This document shows, in pieces, positions 26,620 to 35,057 of a DNA stretch of 64,000 bases. The notes beneath the pieces are model-generated. The model was not told the origin of the DNA and made no database searches. It worked only from the letters and a program-made list of their open reading frames with translations. Every line of letters begins with the position of its first letter. Positions within the stretch are counted from its first letter, which is position 1. Both the position numbers and the translations under genes were made by a program. The DNA is from an uncultured Bacilli bacterium. Lineage in GTDB: Bacteria; Bacillota_I; Bacilli_A; RF39; UBA660. Location: NCBI GenBank assembly GCA_947628585.1, contig CANRAL010000001.1:3154-67153 (forward strand). Reading direction: 5' to 3'.

Positions 26620-27069
26620 ATGGTTTTTATAAAAGGACATCAAAAAAATTTATTAATTAATTTTAACTATGATTGGGTATTAAAGGAATTAAATAAAGAT
26701 AATGATATAAATGGGATAACAAGAATTGGATTTACTGATAAAGGTTATGAAGTAGTTATAGTAACTGATGATGATTTATTAAGTGATGTGCCACACTTTC
26801 ATTATCGTAAAAAAAAGAAAGGTAAGCCTAATGAATTTCATACTTGTATTAAAATAACTGATGTAGGATACTATCATCATATCGGTAATGAAGATAAGTT
26901 AAATAAAGAGCAAATAAATGATTTAATAAATTTTTTAAATTCTAAACCCCTAAAAACAAAATATTTTAAAAATAATTGGGAGTTATTATTATTTATTTGG
27001 AATAGTCAAAATAAGGATATACAAATTAATGATAACTTAAAAATGCCCGATTATCATAATTTGAAATAG
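26620..27069 (+). CDS. hypothetical protein with PHFH motif (DUF4160-like?)
   Basis: ORF 26605..27069. ATG 26620 follows GAGGAAA. VPHFHYRKKK and LLLFIWN motifs. Confidence 0.5.
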   Translation: MVFIKGHQKNLLINFNYDWVLKELNKDNDINGITRIGFTDKGYEVVIVTDDDLLSDVPHFHYRKKKKGKPNEFHTCIKITDVGYYHHIGNEDKLNKEQINDLINFLNSKPLKTKYFKNNWELLLFIWNSQNKDIQINDNLKMPDYHNLK

Positions 27070-27160
27070 AAAAAAATATTTTAAACATTAAAGTTATTAA
27101 GTTACTATATATATGGTACAATATTAAGGTAAGTAAATACTTTTTAAAAGGAGTTTTGTT

Positions 27161-28888
27161 ATGATAAAAAAGATATTAAAATCTGTACGGGAATATAAAT
27201 TAGGAAGCATTTTAACAGTTGTTTTTATTTCATTAGAAGTCATATTAGATGTTTTAATTCCCATTTTAATGACTAAAATTATTGATGAGGGAATTAATCC
27301 CAAAAATCTTAATATAGTATTTATAATTGGGGGAATTTTAGTTTTAGTGGCACTTCTATCTTTACTTTTTGGATATCTTTCAGGTACTTTTGCTGCTATT
27401 TCATCTTCGGGATTTGCTAAAAATTTAAGACATGATATGTATTATAAAATACAAGAATATTCTTTTGAAAATATTGAAAAATTTTTTTCTTCTAGTTTAG
27501 TTACGCGTCTTACGACAGATGTAAATAATGTCCAAATGACTTATCAAATGTTAATTCGAATTGCCATTCGGGCTCCAATGATGTTTTTATTTTCTTTACT
27601 TATGGTATTTACCATTCATAAAAAATTAGCTCTTGTATTTTTAATTATTGCTCCTATTTTGGGATTTTTGTTATTATATATTGCTAATAAAGCCCATCCT
27701 TTATTTGAAAGTGTTTTTCATACTTATGATGATTTAAATAACAGAGTTCAAGAAAATGTAAGAGGAATTCGCGTTGTAAAATCTTACGTGCAAGAAGATA
27801 CAGAAATTTCCAAGTTTAAAGAAATTTCTAATAAAATATATCAAAATTTTATGAAAGCCGAAAAATTAGTAGCCCTTAATACGCCAATTATGCGGTTATG
27901 TATTTATTCTTCTATTATTCTTATTTCTTATTTAGGCTCTAGATTTGTTATAGAAGGATCCCTTAGCACGGGAGAACTCACTGGAGTTATTACTTATGCT
28001 GCCCAAATTTTAAATAGTTTAATGATGTTATCTATGGTTTATGTAACTTGTATTATTTCCATTCCCTCTATGGAACGTATCACGGAAGTATTAGAAGAAA
28101 AACCGACGATTCAAAATGGCAAAAAACCTATTAAAGAAGTTGAAAATGGTGAAATAGAGTTTAATCATATGAGTTTTTCTTATGTAAAAGGAAAAAAAGT
28201 ATTAAAAGATATTAATTTAACGATTAAGTCTGGGGAAATGATAGGTATTATAGGGGGAATAGGGTCTAGTAAAAGTACATTAGTTAACTTAATTCCAAGA
28301 CTTTATGATGTAACTTCGGGAAGTATTAAAATAGCTGGAAAAGATGTTCGAGATTATGATATCAAGGTACTTCGTGATTCTGTTGCCGTTGTTCTACAAA
28401 AAAATGTATTATTCAGTGGCACAATAAAAGAAAATTTACAATGGGGAAAAAAGGATGCAACATTGGATGAAATAAAGAAAGTGTGTGATATTTCTTGTTG
28501 TAATGAATTTATTTCAAAGTTAAAAGATGGGTACGATACTTATATTGATCAAGGGGGAACTAATGTAAGTGGAGGTCAAAAGCAAAGATTATGCATTGCA
28601 AGGGCATTATTGAAAAGTCCTAAAATTATTATTTTGGATGATTCAACAAGTGCTGTAGATACAAAAACAGATGCAATGATTCGTAAATCATTTCGGGAAT
28701 ATATTCCTGAGGTGACAAAAATAATTATTGCTCAAAGAATTTCTAGTATTGAGGACTGTGATCGAGTTATTGTTTTAGATAATGGAGAAATTTCTGATTT
28801 TGATACCCCCAAAAATTTATTGAAACATAATAAAATTTATCAAGAAGTTTATTATTCTCAAGTAAAAGGAAGTGATTCTAATGAGTAA
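27161..28888 (+). CDS. ABC exporter, fused permease/ATPase (subunit A)
   Basis: Six-TM domain, then GGIGSSKST, VSGGQKQRLCIARA and IIILDD. Confidence 0.9.
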   Translation: MIKKILKSVREYKLGSILTVVFISLEVILDVLIPILMTKIIDEGINPKNLNIVFIIGGILVLVALLSLLFGYLSGTFAAISSSGFAKNLRHDMYYKIQEYSFENIEKFFSSSLVTRLTTDVNNVQMTYQMLIRIAIRAPMMFLFSLLMVFTIHKKLALVFLIIAPILGFLLLYIANKAHPLFESVFHTYDDLNNRVQENVRGIRVVKSYVQEDTEISKFKEISNKIYQNFMKAEKLVALNTPIMRLCIYSSIILISYLGSRFVIEGSLSTGELTGVITYAAQILNSLMMLSMVYVTCIISIPSMERITEVLEEKPTIQNGKKPIKEVENGEIEFNHMSFSYVKGKKVLKDINLTIKSGEMIGIIGGIGSSKSTLVNLIPRLYDVTSGSIKIAGKDVRDYDIKVLRDSVAVVLQKNVLFSGTIKENLQWGKKDATLDEIKKVCDISCCNEFISKLKDGYDTYIDQGGTNVSGGQKQRLCIARALLKSPKIIILDDSTSAVDTKTDAMIRKSFREYIPEVTKIIIAQRISSIEDCDRVIVLDNGEISDFDTPKNLLKHNKIYQEVYYSQVKGSDSNE

Positions 28889-30725
28889 AAAACATACTCT
28901 TTTACGTTTATTAAAATATATACTTTCGAAATTTAAAAAACAATTAGTCATTATTGTTTTAGCAATTATTATTAGTTCTATTTGTCATGTATACGGTCAA
29001 TTATTTTTACAAACATTAATCGATGACTACATTACTCCTTTAATTGGTGAAGAAAATCCTATTTATACTTCGCTATTTCAAGCAATTGGGTTTATGGCAT
29101 TTATTTATGTCATTGGTATTTTTACAACTTGGTTATATTCAAGATTAACCGTCAATGTAAGTCAAGGTGTTTTAAAACAAATTCGTGATGATATGTTTGA
29201 ACATATGGAAACGTTACCCATACGTTATTTTGATGATAATAATCATGGGGATATTATGAGTTATTATATTAATGATACCGATGCATTAAGAGAAATGATT
29301 TCGCAAAGTATTCCCAATTGTATAGCTAATGGAGTATTGATTATAGCATCTTTTATTTCGATGTTAACTTTAAATAGCTATTTAACTATGATGATTATAT
29401 TGGGTGTTAGTATTATGTTAGTTGTAGCAAGATATATTGGGAAAAAATCCGCCACTTATTTCATTGCCAGACAAAAGACTGTCGCCAAAGTAAATGCTTA
29501 TATAGAAGAAATGATAGATGGGCAAAAAGTAATACAAGTATTTACGCATGAAGAAGAATCAAAGAAAAAATTTGATGAATTAAATGCTGAATTATATGAA
29601 AATACCAAAAATGCTAACGTATATGCTAATATCATTATGCCAATAATGGGAAATATAGGTTATTTAGTGTATGTAGCAATTGCTATTTTAGGAGGATTCC
29701 TGGCTATCAAAACAACAACATTATCGGTTGGAGCAATTGCTTCTTTCCTCCTACTTACTAGAGGATTTACCATGCATATTAATCAATTATCTCAACAATA
29801 TAATTCAATTGCCTTAGCTTTAGCGGGTGCCAATAGAATTTTTGAATTAATTGATGCTAAAAGTGAAAAAAATGAAGGAAAAATTACTTTGGTAAATGCC
29901 TTACGAAAGGAAGATGGCTCTTTAAAAGAATCTAATACTTATACAGGTATTTGGGCTTGGAAAAATCCTATAAGTAAGGAATTAACCCAATTAAAAGGAG
30001 ATATCCGATTTGATTTAGTTGATTTTTCTTATGTAAAGGGGAAAAAAGTATTAGACGATATTAGCTTATATGCCAAACCGGGTCAAAAAATTGCTTTTGT
30101 GGGTGCAACTGGAGCTGGAAAAACAACCATTGCTAATTTAATTAATCGTTTCTATGATATTGATGAAGGTACTATTCTTTATGATGGCATTAATATTAAA
30201 GATATCAATAAAAATGATTTAAGAAAATCACTTGGTATGGTGTTACAAGATGTTAATCTATTCACGGGAACTATTATGGAAAATTTACGATATGGAAGAG
30301 AAAATGCTAGTGATGAGGAATGTATTGAAGCTGCCAAACTGGCCAATGCCGATAAATTTATTGAAAAATTACCAAATGGTTATAATACAATTATTACGGA
30401 CAATGGAAATAATTTATCTCAAGGAGAACGTCAATTACTGGCAATAGCAAGATGTGCCGTAAGTAATCCCCCTGTTATGATTCTAGATGAAGCAACTTCT
30501 AGCATTGATACCCGTACAGAAAAAGATGTTCAAGATGGAATGGATAAATTGATGGAAGGACGCACAGTATTTGTCATTGCTCATCGATTATCAACTATTC
30601 GGAATGCTAAAGCAATTATAGTATTAGAAAATGGCAAAATCATCGAACGGGGAAATCATGAAGATTTGCTAAAAGCAAAAGGAAAATATTATGAATTATA
30701 TACTGGAGCTTTTGAACTTTCTTAA
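28881..30725 (+). CDS. ABC exporter, fused permease/ATPase (subunit B)
   Basis: ORF from 28872 (GTG). ATG 28881 lies in the ATGAGTAA overlap with the upstream stop. GATGAGKTT, LSQGERQLLAIARC and MILDEATS. Confidence 0.9.
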   Translation: MSKKHTLLRLLKYILSKFKKQLVIIVLAIIISSICHVYGQLFLQTLIDDYITPLIGEENPIYTSLFQAIGFMAFIYVIGIFTTWLYSRLTVNVSQGVLKQIRDDMFEHMETLPIRYFDDNNHGDIMSYYINDTDALREMISQSIPNCIANGVLIIASFISMLTLNSYLTMMIILGVSIMLVVARYIGKKSATYFIARQKTVAKVNAYIEEMIDGQKVIQVFTHEEESKKKFDELNAELYENTKNANVYANIIMPIMGNIGYLVYVAIAILGGFLAIKTTTLSVGAIASFLLLTRGFTMHINQLSQQYNSIALALAGANRIFELIDAKSEKNEGKITLVNALRKEDGSLKESNTYTGIWAWKNPISKELTQLKGDIRFDLVDFSYVKGKKVLDDISLYAKPGQKIAFVGATGAGKTTIANLINRFYDIDEGTILYDGINIKDINKNDLRKSLGMVLQDVNLFTGTIMENLRYGRENASDEECIEAAKLANADKFIEKLPNGYNTIITDNGNNLSQGERQLLAIARCAVSNPPVMILDEATSSIDTRTEKDVQDGMDKLMEGRTVFVIAHRLSTIRNAKAIIVLENGKIIERGNHEDLLKAKGKYYELYTGAFELS

Positions 30726-30748
30726 AACTTTTATATTCTCATAAAAGC

Positions 30749-30780
30749 AAACAATATCTCATTTTATTTATATTGTTTTC
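30749..30780 (+). terminator. rho-independent terminator
   Basis: aaacaatat / atattgttt stem followed by a T-run. Confidence 0.55.
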
Positions 30781-30826
30781 TTAAAAAAACTAATATATAA
30801 TTTAAATAAGAATAGAAGTGAGTTAA

Positions 30827-33130
30827 ATGAAAAAATTAAAATTATGGTTACTATTAATTTTATTTATACCAATAACCGTTTTAGCGGATAGCATTGAAAA
30901 TTTTTACTATAATGTAACTATTTTAGAAAATGGGGATTTAGAGGTTGAAGAATATTTTAATTTAGAGGGATACTTTAATGGTATGGAACGCGAAATTAAT
31001 TTTTTCAACTCAGCTCCAGTTTTTGATGCTAATTTAGATAGTTATGGTGGTAGTAGTATCCATAATGGTAAAGATATTATTTTAGAAGAAATTAAAGGTG
31101 TTGAAATAAATAATGAATTTGATTTTCAAAATGTCATTGGTGATGAATTTGTTTACAATTCCGATGCTGTAAGTGGTGACTATGGTTATTATACTTATTC
31201 TGCAAATTTTTTAACTGGTAAAAAATTTAAGATTTTTTTGCCAAGTCGTAAAAATAAAGCTTTTTATTTAAAATATAGATTAGTTGATATGGCTATATTG
31301 CATAATGATATTGGGGAATTAGGATGGAATATTTTTAATAATAATTTTACTGAAGATATTCGTAATTTAAAAGTTATAATTAACATTCCTAATAATAAAA
31401 ATATGATTAAGATATGGGGACATGGTCCTTTAAATGGAGAAACTAAAATTTTAGATGTTGATAAAGCTGAGTTTACTATTAATAACTTAGATGCTAATAC
31501 AGCAATTGATGTAAGATTAGCTTTTGATAAAGAGGTAATTTTTAATAGCTCTAAAAAAACTGGAGTAGATGCTTTAACAAAAATAATTAATTATGAAACT
31601 GATTTGGCTTTAAAAGCTAATGCGGAAAGAGAAAGAATAAAGACTCAAAAAATTGCTGAAATAGAGGAAAGTTTTCAAAAATTAGATGATTTTCCAAGTA
31701 GATATTCTTATAATAATTTGGAAGATAAAATATCCAATTTAGAATATTTGGATTTGCAACAAACATATATGAATAGACTTTTAACATATCAAGATAAGGT
31801 TGATGACTTTGAATATGATATGTTTACTTCCTATATTAAAGAAGGGACTTTTTTCTCTTATGAACAAGCTTGTGATATAGTAAACTTAGTATTTAATGAA
31901 AATTTAAAAAATGAAATGCAAAAAGAATTAGAAGTATATAAAGAAGAAGTTTATCAACACGAATATTTTAAAGAAAAAGTTCTAATTGCAATTGCAATTG
32001 CTTTTATAATTATTTCTATTATAGCTAGACAAAAAAGTAAAATTTCTGGTCGTTTTATAAAAAATATTAGTCCTAAATATAATCGAAATATACCTAATAA
32101 TTTAAGCCCAGTAGAAGCAGGAATTTTAATAGATAGATGTATAGATGGTAAAGAAATTTCGGCAACATTACTGGATTTAATTAAAAGAAAAATTATTAAA
32201 TTAACTAAGGATAAAAAAGGTTATTTATTATCTTTAAATGTTGAAAAAGAAACTTTAACTTTTGAAGATAAGAAAATTGTTCAAATGATTTTTAAGGGTA
32301 GAAAAAGTGTTTCTTTAAAGAAAATAAGAAGAATAGAATATAATTATTTTGAATCTTGGAAAAAACATGAAATAAATATGTTAGTTGATAAAAAGTTAAT
32401 TACGAAAAAAAGTAAAAAGATAAAAAGGGATATTAGTATTTTATGGTTAATATTAGGTATATTTTTTTGCATAAGCGTTTGGGGTATACTTATAGGAATA
32501 GCTTTTTTAACTTATTATGGTTATAAACGATATCATGAAAATATATATTTATATTTTATTTTAGTTGCATCGGTTATATTAATATTTGTTTCTTTAATAT
32601 TTAATCATGTACATATTTCTTTAATATTTTCTATTATTGCAGTAATAGTTATTAAAATGAATTTGAGTAGAATGCCTCAACGGTTAGAAATAGAATTAAC
32701 AGATAAAGGTAAAGAAGAAGTAAATAAGTTATACGCTTTAAGAAATTTTTTGAATGATTTTTCTATATTAGATGAAAAAGAAATAAAAGAAATAGTATTA
32801 TGGGAAGATTATTTAATTTATGCTACTCTTTTTGGTATTAGTAAAAAAGTAATTAAAAATATGAAATTAAAAATAGATAATCCCGAAATATTAAATGAAA
32901 ATATATTATTTGATGTAGCAATGTTAAATTTTGTTAGTACGACGGCAAATAGTATTTCCAATGTAACTAATCGTTATGCTATTCCGAGTGTTCATGTTCC
33001 TTTAAGTGGTGGATCTTCATCGTCATCATCTTCCTCTTATTCCTCAGGTTCTGGTTCTGGCGGTGGTTTTTCAGGAGGTTCATCTGGTGGTGGCTCTTTT
33101 GGAGGCGGCTCTGGAGGCGGACGTTTCTAA
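30827..33130 (+). CDS. DUF2207-type membrane protein with Gly/Ser-rich C-terminal tail
   Basis: Signal peptide, large extracellular domain, several TM helices and the terminal GGSSSSSSSSYSSGSGSGGGFSGGSSGGGSFGGGSGGGRF typical of DUF2207. Confidence 0.7.
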   Translation: MKKLKLWLLLILFIPITVLADSIENFYYNVTILENGDLEVEEYFNLEGYFNGMEREINFFNSAPVFDANLDSYGGSSIHNGKDIILEEIKGVEINNEFDFQNVIGDEFVYNSDAVSGDYGYYTYSANFLTGKKFKIFLPSRKNKAFYLKYRLVDMAILHNDIGELGWNIFNNNFTEDIRNLKVIINIPNNKNMIKIWGHGPLNGETKILDVDKAEFTINNLDANTAIDVRLAFDKEVIFNSSKKTGVDALTKIINYETDLALKANAERERIKTQKIAEIEESFQKLDDFPSRYSYNNLEDKISNLEYLDLQQTYMNRLLTYQDKVDDFEYDMFTSYIKEGTFFSYEQACDIVNLVFNENLKNEMQKELEVYKEEVYQHEYFKEKVLIAIAIAFIIISIIARQKSKISGRFIKNISPKYNRNIPNNLSPVEAGILIDRCIDGKEISATLLDLIKRKIIKLTKDKKGYLLSLNVEKETLTFEDKKIVQMIFKGRKSVSLKKIRRIEYNYFESWKKHEINMLVDKKLITKKSKKIKRDISILWLILGIFFCISVWGILIGIAFLTYYGYKRYHENIYLYFILVASVILIFVSLIFNHVHISLIFSIIAVIVIKMNLSRMPQRLEIELTDKGKEEVNKLYALRNFLNDFSILDEKEIKEIVLWEDYLIYATLFGISKKVIKNMKLKIDNPEILNENILFDVAMLNFVSTTANSISNVTNRYAIPSVHVPLSGGSSSSSSSSYSSGSGSGGGFSGGSSGGGSFGGGSGGGRF

Positions 33131-33182
33131 GTTATTAACTAAGGGAAAAATAATGAAAATTAAAAATTTATGTTAAAATTCC

Positions 33183-33213
33183 TTGACTCTTCCCTTAAGG
33201 TAAATGTTATAGT
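33183..33213 (+). promoter_or_regulatory. MerR-type promoter with 19-bp spacer and internal palindrome
   Basis: TTGACT (33183), 19 nt spacer, TATAGT (33208). CCTTAAGG palindrome at 33193..33200 inside the spacer. Confidence 0.6.
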
Positions 33214-33234
33214 TAATTTGGAAGGAGGAATTCG

Positions 33235-34254
33235 ATGATAAAAATTGGTGATTTTGCAAACCTTTTTAATGTATCTATTAAAACAGTTAGATACTATGAA
33301 AGTTTGGGCCTAATAATTCCTAAATATGTCGACATATACACGGGATATAGATATTATGATGAAGATAACATCTATACTATGCAAGATATTATATCTTTAA
33401 AAAATTTGGGATTTTCTCTTGAAGAAATAAAATACTTTAATAAAAATAAAATTAAAGATAAAATTACTAATTACGAACAAGAAATCTTAAATTTAAAAAG
33501 CAAAATTAAAGTTTTAAAACAATTTTCTCTTTCTAAGGAAAGGAATGATTTAAAAATAATGTTTATTAATGATGAAGAAGCTAAAGGCAAATGGGGATTG
33601 CTTGGAGTAGCCGAATCTAAAGAAAAAGCTCAAGAAGAAAACTTTGAAGATGATGATTATAACATTAATGAATTATATTTACTTCCTAATGGTGAACCTT
33701 ATTGGGTAATATCTTGGACCAAAGATACTATTTATATAGGTGGTAGACCAAATCATTATGAAATAATTAATGATAAATTATATTTAACTATAACTGATTT
33801 TTTAGATTTAAAAAATTCCAAAGTTGCAGTTTATTATAATATTGACCATAACGATTATAAATTAGAAGATATAAAACAAAAAGATAATACTAATATTGAA
33901 TTTGGGAAAGATGAAAGAGTAGAGGGAACTTGGAAGACAGTTGATTTTATTAATAAACCTAAAAGTTTTAATCCTCAAAAATTCCAAAGTACTAAAGATA
34001 TGTTATCTTTAGAAAAGTTAATTTTTGATGGAAATGGTAAAGTAAATGTAAGTTATACCTCTGGTAAATCTTTTAATACTAAATATACCAAGAATTATGT
34101 TATTAATTTAATTTTACCAGATACTTTATGTAAATATACTTATGAGGAAATTTTAGGTAAAAAATATATCATTATGGAATGGAAAAGCGGTGATTATGTT
34201 TTTGGCAAAGTTATTAATGGTTATTATGTATTAGAAAAACAAGAAAGAATGTGA
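33235..34254 (+). CDS. MerR-family transcriptional regulator with large C-terminal domain
   Basis: IKIGDFANLFNVSIKTVRYYESLGLI...YRYYDE is the MerR HTH. Followed by a coiled coil and a ~220-aa unknown domain. Confidence 0.85.
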   Translation: MIKIGDFANLFNVSIKTVRYYESLGLIIPKYVDIYTGYRYYDEDNIYTMQDIISLKNLGFSLEEIKYFNKNKIKDKITNYEQEILNLKSKIKVLKQFSLSKERNDLKIMFINDEEAKGKWGLLGVAESKEKAQEENFEDDDYNINELYLLPNGEPYWVISWTKDTIYIGGRPNHYEIINDKLYLTITDFLDLKNSKVAVYYNIDHNDYKLEDIKQKDNTNIEFGKDERVEGTWKTVDFINKPKSFNPQKFQSTKDMLSLEKLIFDGNGKVNVSYTSGKSFNTKYTKNYVINLILPDTLCKYTYEEILGKKYIIMEWKSGDYVFGKVINGYYVLEKQERM

Positions 34255-34263
34255 GATTATTGA

Positions 34264-34746
34264 ATGAATTATAGTTTAGAAGATGTTAAGAATCTTTTTG
34301 AAAAATACAATTTACAAAAAGATGATACAGGTGCTTATATTGCGGTAAAAAGGGGTTCAAATATTTTTTATGATGCTCCAGAATTTTTAGAAAAAGTTAA
34401 ATTTGCTCATACTTGGTTTGCAGCTACGAGATATGCTAGATCATTGGAAAGTCCTAATGCTAATCAAATAACTCCATCAGATTATAATTATGCTTTTGGC
34501 TCTAATGCAAATGAAGTATATGATTATATAATGCTTCAGGTTTCCAATACGATGCAAGCTGCGGGTGTATTAATGCGTGAAGAAACACTTGAGAAGGAAG
34601 TAATTGATGCAATAAATTATAAATATGCTTCATCAATTGTGAAAGGATTATATTCAAAAGATCATTTTAAAAATGCTTTTCTAAATTGGGTTAGAATGGC
34701 AAACAATATGCCCATTCTAAATGAATATAACATTTATAGAAAATAA
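34264..34746 (+). CDS. hypothetical protein
   Basis: ORF with a 9-nt gap after the MerR gene. No motifs recognised. Confidence 0.55.
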   Translation: MNYSLEDVKNLFEKYNLQKDDTGAYIAVKRGSNIFYDAPEFLEKVKFAHTWFAATRYARSLESPNANQITPSDYNYAFGSNANEVYDYIMLQVSNTMQAAGVLMREETLEKEVIDAINYKYASSIVKGLYSKDHFKNAFLNWVRMANNMPILNEYNIYRK

Positions 34747-34775
34747 AAATACCTTTAAAATTAGGTATTTTTATT
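34746..34775. terminator. bidirectional terminator between convergent genes
   Basis: aaaatacct / aggtatttt stem flanked by A- and T-runs. Confidence 0.55.
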
Positions 34776-35048
34776 TTTAATGATTAAATCATTTTTAGGT
34801 AATAATTCTTTAACTTGAGCTTCAATTATTTGCCATTCTTTATCAGTGGTAATTTTTTCAAATTTAGAATCGTCAAAAGGATCATAAATTGCCGCATAAA
34901 TATTTATAGAATTATCTTTATTTATAGAATTATCAGTATAAACTACATAATATTTATTTGTTTCTTCTAATTTGAAAGACATAATTATTTCATACTTAAT
35001 TACATTATTATTTTCATCAATTAATTCTAAATATTTTGTTTCACGCAT
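34761..35048 (-). CDS. DUF1292 family protein
   Basis: LELIDENNNVIKYEIIMSF...KYYVVY...IYAAIYDP...DKEWQIIEAQVKEL fits the DUF1292 pattern. Confidence 0.6.
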   Translation of the reverse strand: MRETKYLELIDENNNVIKYEIIMSFKLEETNKYYVVYTDNSINKDNSINIYAAIYDPFDDSKFEKITTDKEWQIIEAQVKELLPKNDLIIKNKNT

Positions 35049-35057
35049 AATAACTCC

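Larger units (their letters stand above)
20029..27100. mobile_element. putative degenerate integrated island at tRNA-Trp (no integrase present)
   Basis: Starts at the tRNA-Trp 3' end. Contains a decayed tRNA-Trp copy, an XRE regulator, replication-like genes and orphan ORFs. Ends before the housekeeping-type ABC exporter pair. The right boundary is not defined by a repeat. Confidence 0.4.

Noticed and set aside
33000-33130. Second GC-enriched patch, considered as a possible DGR template or variable region
   Set aside because: It encodes the Gly/Ser-rich tail of the DUF2207 protein (ggt/ggc/tct codons), so composition is explained by the amino acids. It has no sequence similarity to 55602..55700.
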